64,000 bases of DNA from Eledone cirrhosa (lineage: Eukaryota), in the NCBI GenBank assembly GCA_964016885.1, contig OZ024742.1, positions 318,866,001 through 318,930,000 on the forward strand. The letters are read 5' to 3'. Shown one piece after another: positions 53,820-64,000 of this stretch. Positions within the stretch are counted from its first letter, which is position 1. Every line of letters begins with the position of its first letter. The notes beneath the pieces were generated by a model. The model had not been told where the DNA came from. It did not search any database and saw only the letters and a list, made by a program, of their open reading frames with translations. The position numbers and the translations under genes were made by a program.

Positions 53820-55140
53820 CCATGTCGAAAACAACCTTGAGGGCGATGTAGAGGCAACGATCTGTACGTAACTCCCGAGATCTTTTAACAATGAGGCAAA
53901 CGTGTGGTTGGCAGTGGATCGATTAGGCGTGATTCCGGCTTGTTGTGGGGGACGTCCACTTCTATTGGCGGGAAGAGCACAGTTGGGGAGGATCTTGGTG
54001 GAGACCTTGCTTGGGAGATGCCATTATGATTGCTGCAGACGAGTTTGTCGCCCTTCTATTTCCAGAGCTATTGGATAATGCCTCGAGTCCAGTTACTTGG
54101 GAGCTGCTCTGACACCCATACATGGTTAATGATACGGGTAAGCCACTTGATCATGTTAAATCTGGCCACCTTCAACATCTCTGCAGTGATAGTACAGATT
54201 CCAAGGGCTCTGTAGTTTTTTAGTTTCTTCAAGGTAACTAAGACTTCATTGAGAGTGACAGGATCGAGTCTGCAGGAGTCGTTGGTTGCAGCCGTGTCTG
54301 CGGTGATGGTTAGGCAGGGATCAATTGAAATGGGTGGGTGATGTAGAAGAAGGCTGAAGTGCTCCTTCCAGCATTCAAGGAGGTGGTTTCAGTGGTGATG
54401 ATGTTGCCATTAGTATCCTTCATGAGCTCTGCTGAGTGTGTTGAATATCTGGCTGAGGTTGTTGTGCCTTGCCACTGTCTCCAGGTGTTCAGCTTCTTCC
54501 GCCCCAAATTTCTCCCAGTCATCCATGATGGCCTTGTTGCATATTCGGCTGCGCCGGCAGTACTCATCCATGTCACCATGCAGGCAAGCCTTGTAACAAC
54601 AGTTAACTATCTTCAGCATCCACAGTGAAATCCAGGGCGGTTTGGGAAGTGGTCTTGAGTTTACCAGGGTCACGCACAGACTGGTTAACGCTTGATTTAA
54701 AGATCTACCAGTTGTTGCTCTCATCCTCAACCAGAACGCTGAAGCGATTGATGGAGCACGCAATTGTAGTGGCGATGTTGAGATTGCAGAGACAAGATGA
54801 GTCAGAGCGGGGTTGGTACTTGGTGGCAGGGTCAGCTCGCAACCTCAGCCTGTGTCGCAACCAACAACCGATGATCAGTATTGCCGAGTTTAGTTCCTCA
54901 GTAGACCTAGCAGTTGATGACAAACGACCTCCAGCAACAGGAGATGATGATATGGTCGATTGCCACCTGGGTGTAACCTTCCGGACTGTACCAGGTCCAG
55001 TGATAGATGTCGGCGATACACAGATCGTTGTAATGGCAGAGGAGCAACAGGTGATCACCATTGTCATTGGTGGATGGGCTGAGTCTGCAATGGGTCGGTT
55101 GGAGAGAGCCTGGCAGAAGAAGAAATGGTAGCGTTGACAT
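53820..55140 (-). mobile_element. old degenerate LINE fragment (APE end to RT start), different RTE-like family
   Basis: Minus-strand remnants TWYSP.G.T...IDHII, TDHRL, WKEHF..LL, KGDKLVC..H.GISQ. Confidence 0.75.
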
Positions 55141-55326
55141 CTGTCAGGATGATCATGATGTCTTGGGGTGGGATGGGATTTGTCCTAAGACCTGAATAAA
55201 ATAATGTTGTTGTAAAGTTGTAGTGCTGGTGCCACAATAAAATGCACCTATAATAATAACAACACTAATCCATTTCTCCTTTTCATTTTTAGGTACTCTC
55301 AGGTATTGTATGCCCCAAATCAGGTA

Positions 55327-57296
55327 TAGTCTGCCCCAAATCGATTCAATAGAGGGACCAGCGGTGCAAGTTAAAGGTAGTATAATAAGTAAGGCAATCA
55401 AAGATATGAAGACAGGCAAGGCAGCTGAGCCTTCGGAGATAGTTGCTGAGATGTTGAAAGCATCAGGAATGGTGGGACATACTATGGTCACCCGGATAGT
55501 AAACCAAGTAATACAGAATGGGGTCATACCAAATGACTGGCGTAGCAGCATCATCATTAACTGCTACAAGGGTAAAGGAGATGCTCTAGATAGAGGAAAC
55601 TATAGAGGCATTAAGTTAGTTGACCAGGTCACAGAAAGAGTTATAGCGCAACTAATCAGAGAACAAATTGATCTAGATGAAATGCAGTTTGGGTTTGTGT
55701 CAGGTAAAAGTACCACAAACGCTCTTTTCCTTGTACAGCAACTACAGGAGAGTACCTAGTTAAAAGTAAACCCCTCTACTTAGCTTTTGTTGACTTGGAG
55801 AAAGCCTTTGACAGAGTCCTCTGCTCCATTATCTGGTGGGCTCTTAGAAAACTAGGTGTAGATGAATGGCTTGTGAGAGCTATACAAGCCATGTATAAAG
55901 ATACAGTCAGCAAGGTTAGAATTAACAATGAATATAGTGAAGAATTTAGCATAAAAGTTGGTGTTCATAAAGGCTGTCCTTAGCCCCTCCTATTTATTAT
56001 TGCCCTTCAGGCTATAACAGAGGAGTTCAAGACCGGCTGCTTCTATACGCAGATGATCTAACTCTCATAGCTGAATCTATGGCTGAACTAGAGAAGAAAT
56101 TCCAAACATGGAAGCATGGCCTAGAATCAAAAGGTCTTAAAGTTAACTTGCCTAAGACTAAAGTTCTAGTATGTAGAAAGGAAAATAGGTCACAGGTGCC
56201 CTCTGGGAAATTGCCATGCTTAGTGTGTAGGAAAGGAGTAGGTAGAAATTCCATTTTATGTCCCAAATGCAAACTATGGGTATATAAAAGATGTAGTGGG
56301 ATCATAGGTAAGCTATCTAAGATGTTCTATAGAAATAGTGGGCACTTTCCCTTTCCTGGGTGACAAAATCAGCAGTGGTGGAGGGTGCTCTGAAAGTACA
56401 GTAGCCAGAGTCAGAACGGGATGGAAAAAATTCAGAGAGCTTATACTGCTGTTGGCCACAAAAGGTTTCTCTCTAAAAATGAAAGGCAGATTATATGATG
56501 CCTGTATATGAACGGCAATTTTACATGGCAGTGAGACATGGGCATGGTGTGCAGAGGACCTGCGCAGACTGGAAAGGAATGAAGCATGCATGCTCCGTTG
56601 GATGTGTAATAGTAATATACGCAAACGGCAAAACATAAATGAACTAAGTGAGAAATTAGGAATAAGAGGGATCAGATGCTGTTTACTCGAGAGAAGACTA
56701 CGTTGGTATGGTCACGTGATGCGCATGAAAGACGACAGCCGTATAAAAAAGTGCAGGGCGATCAAAATTGATGGAAATTACGGAGTAGGTAGACCCAGAA
56801 AAACCTGGAACGATTTGATAAATTCCGACCTTACACACTTGCACCTCTCTAAGGCAATATCACTGGACTGAGATCTTTGGCGCCACGCAGTAATATAGAA
56901 GACCCGCCTTGCCTATGTACAAAGCGAAACCTAGTCAGTAGGCACCTCTTAACCAAATATACACCCCAACCCACTACCCCCACTCCCACCAACACCACCC
57001 TTTCTCTGTAAAGTTATGTTGGTACCACAACATCCAGTCCTAAATAAATGAGGTCGTGTATGTGTCACGACAAAAAAAACACACGGTCCACGCTGTAATG
57101 TGGCCGTGTAGGTAAAACGGTAAAAACCTCCCAGTTCCACACTGTAAATGTGGTTGGTGCTAGGAAGGGCATCCAGCCGTAGAAAACCTGCCTATACGAG
57201 CGAGACAAAGTCACCCGATCAATCTTGCCTCAAGTGGGACAATTCCCGTCTAACCCATGCTAGCGTGGAAGATAGACGTTAAATGATGATGATGAT
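55327..57296 (+). mobile_element. 5'-truncated, decayed copy of the same RTE family
   Basis: Colinear with ~11235-13337 (IEGPAV..KAIKDMKTGKAA, EKAFDRV, RRLRWYGH, same 3' UTR and GAT tail); several stops, frameshifts and a deletion near 56320. Confidence 0.93.
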
Positions 57297-57527
57297 TAAA
57301 AAAACATTACAAGAAATCTCATATTTTTAAAAGTACAATTACTGATACCCCTCCCCCGTTTATTCCACCCCCACCCCCACTTATAAAAATTTAAGCAACT
57401 GTCCACCCCACCTATCTTATTCAAAACACCCCCACCTCTATTATTTGGGACCCAAGAGTAAATGATAAATTTAACACATAAATAAATGAAAATTTGCATT
57501 GTTGCTTTTGTTTTGTGAAAAAATTGC

Positions 57528-57533
57528 TTTATT
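57528..57533 (-). promoter_or_regulatory. candidate polyadenylation signal of POLR3A
   Basis: AATAAA on minus strand ~35 nt after the stop codon, followed by T-rich sequence. Confidence 0.5.
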
Positions 57534-57567
57534 ATGAAAAATATATAAATACTGTAGAAATAATGTG

Positions 57568-57649
57568 TCATAACTGAGACTCTGGTGTATGTAGTTCATC
57601 AACATCAAAGACAAGGGCTCGGTTGATGGGTGTAGGAGGATGGCTGGCT
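57568..57649 (-). CDS. POLR3A: RPC1 terminal coding exon
   Basis: Follows TCCTTAAC branch site and AC acceptor; reads (R)ASHPPTPINRALVFDVDELHTPESQL*, resembling the RPC1 tail (..P..R.L.FD..E.H.P). Confidence 0.88.
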
Positions 57650-58678
57650 GTGGAATCAGTTAAGGAGAGAAATAACATATTTAGAGAAACGGGGAAAAAC
57701 ATTGTTATCAGGAGTGAATCAGTGACCATGACCCTTTTCAGGGCCTTCAAGTCATGTGAGAAAGAGGAAGGAATGTATCTACAAACCAGAAACCATACCC
57801 AAATGCTTGCAACAGACTGGACTCCAATAAAGGCACCAAAGCGTTAAACTGGGTGACTGGTTAAATCTACCGCCAAAGAAGGCCACAATGGGATTTGAAC
57901 TCAGAATGTAAAAAGCCAGAACAAATTCTGGCAATAGTTTATTATCAAAGACCAGCACTTGATTTTATCAACCCTGGAATGATGTAGACTTTGGCAATAT
58001 TTGAATTAGAGAAACTGACAGACACTTAGATATATAAGATAGATGGACAGATAGATAAGAAAAATATACATTCACAAACAATATTTGTCTCATTCATTTC
58101 TCATACAGATTTGAGATTTACACATGGTTCCACACACAATCACACATACAATCACATATATGATGATCATCATCATCATATTTACATCCACTTTTTCCAT
58201 GCTCACTTGGGTTGGAATGAGACATTTTGAGAAGAGTTTTCTAGAAATGGATGCCTTCAGATGGCAACTCATATTTGACTCTAAGTATGGTATATATACC
58301 ACTAAAGTTCATCAAACTGTTATACTGCAGGATATATTGTTTATAGGGGATATAAACAATGTTACCACTAACTTTTTTTAAATAAAAAGTGCTGACATGA
58401 TACTTTTGTGGTGTCTACCAAGTTCATTCACAAGACAGGATCTATAGCAGAAGACACTCAAGGTTCCATGTGGTAAAACTAAGCTCAAAACTCTATGGTT
58501 ACAAAGCAAACTTCTTAATCACATAACCATTTTCTCTCTTTCAAATATATGCTAAAATATGATGCACAATCTACCACTTCCTTTTTACACACACACACAA
58601 ATATGTGTATTGCAAACAAAATTTCAAATATGCATAATTAAAGTAAAATTCATCAAAGAAATATCATCAAAAGGATAT
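57650..58678 (-). other. U12-type (minor spliceosome) AT-AC intron of POLR3A, 1029 bp
   Basis: 5' splice site ATATCCTTT from 58678; branch site TCCTTAAC at 57666-57659; terminal AC at 57651-57650; splicing preserves the frame. Confidence 0.9.
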
Positions 58679-58748
58679 CTGTAAAGCAGTTTAAATATTC
58701 CAGTTCCAATGCTCATTGGTATTCCCATAATGATGCATTCACTGACTC
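58679..58748 (-). CDS. POLR3A: RPC1 penultimate exon
   Basis: 70 bp, (G)[22 protein letters not shown](R), the conserved C-terminal GIP..GTG motif; CAG acceptor; ends at U12-type donor AG|ATATCCTTT. Confidence 0.95.
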
Positions 58749-58891
58749 CTGCAATGTAAAGAATATATGTTATACTTTCATCTTTGGCAAGGTATCACAA
58801 ACAAGTTAAACATATACTGTAGCACAGAAACAACACCATTATATTTTACCACCTTTACTACTATCACCAATAACCATAACAAAAACATGAA

Positions 58892-59668
58892 GAACTTTAT
58901 TACATATATTAGCCCAGTGTTTTATAGAAATCAGCTCTAGGATCATCCTCACTGCTGTCACTGGTACCACTACCACCACCACCATCATTACCACTACTAT
59001 CCACAACAAAACATACAGAACTTATTACATATATTAGCCCAGTGTTTTATAGAGATCAGCTCTAGGATCATCCTCACTGCTATCACTGGTACCATTACCA
59101 CCACCACCATCATTACCACTACTATCCACAACAAAACATACAGAACTTATTACATATATTAGCCCAGTGTTTTATAGAAATCAGCTCTAGGATCATCCTC
59201 ACTGCTGTCACTGGTACCATTACCACCACCACCATCATTACCACTACTATCCACAACAAAACATACAGAACTTATTACATATATTAGCCCAGTGTTTTAT
59301 AGAGATCAGCTCTAGGATCATCCTCACTGCTATCACTGGTACCATTACCACCACCACCATCATTACCACTACTATCCACAACAAAACATACAGAACTTAT
59401 TACATATATTAGCCCAGTGTTTTATAGAAATCAGCTCTAGGATCATCCTCACTGCTGTCACTGGTACCATTACCACCACCACCATCATTACCACTACTAT
59501 CCACAACAAAACATACAGAACTTATTACATATATTAGCCCAGTGTTTTATAGAGATCAGCTCTAGGATCATCCTCACTGCTATCACTGGTACCATTACCA
59601 CCACTATCCACAACAAAACATACAGAACTTATTACATATATTAGCCCAGTGTGTAATAGAAATCAGAC
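58892..59668. repeat. intronic 125-bp tandem repeat, ~6 copies
   Basis: GAACTTATTACATATATTAGCCCAG recurs at 59018, 59143, 59268, 59393, 59518. Confidence 0.97.
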
Positions 59669-59961
59669 CCTACCATTTTAACCTTTTTGTAACCATATTT
59701 TTAACAAGAGTATATTCTTACTTTCTGTTTTAATTTTCAAAATAATTAAGAACTAAATGAGATTTAGTGAAATAACTAACTTTCAAATTATTAAAGATTT
59801 CTAATTTGGGCACAAGACCAGCAATTTGGGTGAAGAGGAAAGTCGATTAAATCAACCCCAGTACTTGATTGGTACTTTATTTTATCAGTATATGAGTATA
59901 AGTACTAATATAGAATATTAACTTTAACTTGATTTGAATCATAACTTTATACTTTACTAAC

Positions 59962-60025
59962 CTGTGATGGCATCTTTTTGCCCATGAAAAGCAGCCTCAA
60001 ATAAATGGTCAGCGGTTTTTTCAAA
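59962..60025 (-). CDS. POLR3A: RPC1 exon
   Basis: 64 bp, FEKTADHLFEAAFHGQKDAIT(G); pyrimidine tract + TAG acceptor, GTTAGT donor. Confidence 0.97.
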
Positions 60026-60381
60026 CTAAGAAGAAAAGAACAAAAACAAATTCAAAGCTACCATTTCATATGAACAAAACAAAACATGAAACTAAAAAAT
60101 CCAGGATGAAACAGAAGAATGAGTTGCAACCAGCAGATAGTATCAGTGATGAAAAGACCAATGGAAACATTGTCTACTTGGTCCGATCTAACAATCAGCT
60201 CTTTTTCTTTAATTATAAGGCTGAACTGAAAACATTGCATTCCTAAAACCAACCAAAAATCTAACACTTCCAGAATGTCTACAGAGGCAAATATTTTTCA
60301 TGATATGTCAACAATATGCACATATTCAAAGATTTGATAAATCTAATTAGTTTTTAATGAAAACAGAAATGAAAAACTTAC

Positions 60382-60450
60382 AGAAGCAAGCATTAGGACA
60401 CTTTCTTTCATCTTACTCAGTCCAAATCTTGTAATACCAAGTACTTCACC
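60382..60450 (-). CDS. POLR3A: RPC1 exon
   Basis: 69 bp, GEVLGITRFGLSKMKESVLMLAS; TAG acceptor, GTAAGT donor. Confidence 0.97.
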
Positions 60451-62584
60451 CTAGTGAGGAATAATAATAAAAATAATACAGAATAATATAATGACAGGGG
60501 AAAAAAACACGTTTTATTTAATATATCAATGACAAATCAAGAAAAGAAAAAAACATGGAAAATGCAACACCAATTCACCTGAAATTATTCTTGGTTCAAG
60601 GATACCAATTACTTATTTTAAACAGCTAATATTTATCTAAAAATCTTTCATCATAATTTGTAGTAGTAGTAGTAGTAGTGGTGGTAGCAGGAGTATGATA
60701 AAGAGGAGCCTTTTTAAAGTTGGATGCTCTTTGTCAACTTTTTAGTAAAGACAGAACCTAATTTTGTTAGCGAGACAAGCTTACAAAAGCAGAGTTATCT
60801 CCCTTTCTCGGAGCGATACAATAATTTAAAGCAGATTCGAATTTAACTGAGTAAATCTCCATTTAGAAGTGGTTGTTTTATATCCTTCTTTCCCCACAAA
60901 AGCAGTGGGGTAATTTTGGAAGAGCAATGTTTTTCAAGTTGAATGCTCTTCCTTAACTACTCGGTAAAAGCAGAACTTGTTTTCGTTAGTCAAACAAGCT
61001 AACACAAGAAGAGTTATCTTACTTTGCATAACGAAATGACTGAATTTATGATGTTGGAGCTATAACACAGACAGACTCATAACTCAACAATCACAATAAC
61101 CTTATACTAGAGGCTCCAGTATTTTTACAACAGCATCAAATAGAGAAGGTAGAATTAATAGCATAAGGATAAAAATATAGAGGTACCGTCTATTTAGTTA
61201 TATAAAGAACACTTATTTACCCAAAAATTTCATATCAAAATCTGTTTGTCTTATACATATAAGAAGATATAAATATTATAATAATTATTATTATTATTAT
61301 TTCATCCTTACGGAGTCGATAAAATAAAGTATCAGTAATGTACTGGGTAATTTCTGGCCTTGTGCCTAAAGTAGAAACAATTATTTCAACAAAATATGGC
61401 GGTGGAATGGCAGTATCGATAGAGGGTTGGACGCCATGCTTTGACGCATAGAGTTACGCCCCTTGCCATTCTGAGTTCAAATCTCGCCGAGGTTAACTTT
61501 GCCTTTCATCCTTATGGGGTCGATAAAATAAAGTACCAGTAATGTACTGGGTAATTGCTGGCCTTGTGCAAAAAGTAGAAACAATTATTATTTCAACAAA
61601 AGCACAAGCCAGTATTGGAATGATACTTAATTTTATCAACTCCGGAAAGATGAAAGACAAAGTTGACCTCGGTGGGATTTGAACACAGAAAGCTAGAACT
61701 ACCACAAAGTACTTCAATTTATACTAACAATTTTGCCATTCCACCATATAATAATTGTTTCTGATTTAGGCACAAGGCCAGCAATTTTTAGGGGAGGGGA
61801 AAGCCGATTAAATTGACGCCAGTGTGTTACTAGTACTTTAATTTATCAAACCCGTAAGAGTGAAAGACAAAGTTATCCTTGCCAGTATTTTAACTATGTT
61901 GACTTAGAACAAAATTGTTGGCCTTGTGCCTAAATCATGAACCATTATTATTTTTATTAAACACTGCTTCTTAAGGATACCAACTACAGTGAAATACAAA
62001 ACGTAGACTCTCACATCAGTAGCTGGACCCAAATATTAGCATTGAGTGCTCAAACTGATGTAACAAAAATTATACACTATTATACATATATATATCAAGG
62101 GCTTAAGCCTTGAATTGTCTTTCCTCTTTCCAATATAAAGCGTGAAACTAATACGACTTTTTGTACCTCTGTTTGTTGTCTCCTTGAACTAATATATATA
62201 TAATTCAATGTATCGGACATTAGTTGTTCATCAGAAGTAGAGGAATACAAAGATAAGGTTTAAAGAGTAGAAGTAGCACAAAGATGGAATTCATATATAA
62301 AAGAGGGACATGTGAGTGTGTGTGTTGTATCCAACACATTGTGTGTATGTGCTGCTGAAGTGGTGCATACATAGTTGGTGATGGCGTGTATGTATGTCTG
62401 GGTGTATCAGCATCATATATGTGCATGGTTGATCATTGTATGTATCAAATAAAGTTATAAGAGAAAAAAAAATAACCTGACTCCAAAAGATGAAATAACT
62501 GGAGTAAAAATAAACATATGATGACCGTTATATCATCATGGTAACACAATATACATCGTTAAGTGGGAATATGTATGTACATAG

Positions 62585-62638
<54 letters not shown>

Positions 62639-62827
62639 GAGAGAGAGAGAGAGAGAGAGAGAGAGTGTGTGTTTCTACATGTGTGTTTATAAGCAAGTGT
62701 ATTAAAACTGGAGTGGTTTGGGGCAGGTTGCTATCAAAAGATTTAATGAACAAAATGAAAGATAAGCTGCTATTAAGTTTGATATGGCCTGGGCTAATAC
62801 TGGCCGGAAGTTATCAAAGTTACTTAC

Positions 62828-63000
62828 TCTGCAGGTCATAAGATCAGCAAGAAGCATGACATGCCGGATATCAATACTCATACCATGGTTGACCATGGTG
62901 TAGACAATCTCTTCAATTATTGTGGTACGGGCAGCCTCAATACCTAAAGTCTTTTCCACCTCACATGTGTTGTTTGATGTTGATAAGCTTCCATTGACAC
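62828..63000 (-). CDS. POLR3A: RPC1 exon
   Basis: [58 protein letters not shown]; AG acceptor 63002-63001, donor GTAAGT; phase fits both neighbours. Confidence 0.97.
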
Positions 63001-63149
63001 CTTTATTTGAAAATAAATTGGAACAAGACAAAAATTATTCTCCATACCATCATTATAACAACAAGCATCATCATCAACATCACCACAATCATCATCATTG
63101 TTTTCATTTAAAAAGACATAATTTGGGAAAATGAGATTTTATGTTATGT

Positions 63150-63307
63150 AAATGTGGTTGGTATTAGGAAGGGCATCCAGCCGTAGAAACCAAGCCAAAT
63201 CAGTTGTGAGTGAGTGAATCACAGTCCTCCAACCTGATCCCTCACAAAGGGACAGCCTGTCCTGCCCATGCTAACATGGAAGATGGACGTTAAATGATGA
63301 TGATGAT
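63150..63307 (+). mobile_element. RTE 3'-end-related short retroposon (relatives ~58170-58260 minus, ~63480-63545)
   Basis: TGGTTGGTATTAGGAAGGGCATCCAGCCGTAGAAA...CCCATGCTA.CATGGAAGATGGACGTTAAATGATGATGAT, matching the RTE 3' UTR at 13175-13337. Confidence 0.8.
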
Positions 63308-63896
63308 AAAGTTTTATGTATAGATGATATGGAAACTGGACAAGGCATTTGATTACAGGGTCTTGGATCATGTCACATGGTAGTCACATCAGTATCTTAC
63401 TGAAAACGACATTTAATTTTAGGGGTTTTGGAACATTTATCTAAAAAGAAAATACCAATGTATTGTAGGAGGAATTGGAGAGATTAATGTCAGGAAAGAC
63501 ATCTGGCTATAAAATATTGTCTCAAAATGTCCTGTCCAACCCATGTTTTGTCGGGCTGGTTATTACAAAGTTATGATATTACAAAATTGTGATTATACAT
63601 TATACCTCAGAATGTCCTTTCTATTGTAATTAATTTAGGATTTGTATATAGTTATTTACCGACTCACAGGCCACTACATCAGACACAATGATGAGGTGGT
63701 AAACAAGCTAATGCTCTGACAAATTACTGAGGGGAAAAACCTGTAGAAGAAGGAGAAAAACAACCTAGATGGACACTGCTTGAAAACACACCGATGGAGA
63801 CAGTATGGAGTCATGAATGACTATGGTGAATGAAAGTGATGTGTGGAATCAGTGGGGCATCCCACTAGACAAGAGAGGATAGGATAGGATATTTAC

Positions 63897-64000
63897 CTCG
63901 TGTGGCCATGACAGCTCTCAAATTGTCACCCTCAACTAGTAGTTTATAGTGATTTGCTTTCTTTTCATCCTGATGAATAACAGCTCGTGTCACTGAGGGA
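63897..64000 (-). CDS. POLR3A: RNA polymerase III largest subunit (RPC1) exon, continues beyond the window
   Basis: Minus strand translates [34 protein letters not shown](G), matching the RPC1 C-terminal region ([15 protein letters not shown]); GT donor at 63896-63895 (G|GTAAAT). Confidence 0.95.

Noticed and set aside
58892-59668. Regularly spaced repeats as a CRISPR-like array (also 22553-22700)
   Set aside because: No unique spacers; whole units repeat; eukaryotic context.

Overview
AT-rich, microsatellite-laden animal genomic DNA; the tRNA-derived SINE families and overall repeat mix suggest an octopus/cephalopod (inference). The only host gene recognised is the 3' end of POLR3A/RPC1 (minus strand, six exons, 57568-64000). 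Its last intron is a canonical U12-type AT-AC intron. The rest is mobile DNA: two related Penelope-like retroelements (one decayed, one with an intact 794-aa RT + GIY-YIG ORF and a near-identical 1.5-kb pseudo-LTR), a third Penelope fragment, a full-length dead mariner, a near-intact RTE LINE and a truncated relative, SINEs, MITEs and a 4.3-kb 11/12-bp satellite. The main hidden signal is about a dozen complete type-I hammerhead ribozyme motifs plus several half or degenerate ones, of at least 8 unrelated sequence types, almost all in short pieces between (TA)n tracts. They include ORF-less ~530-540-bp units with terminal direct repeats (retrozyme-like) and fold-back palindromes whose apex maps onto ribozyme helices. 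All folds and alignments were made by eye; none was computed or tested.
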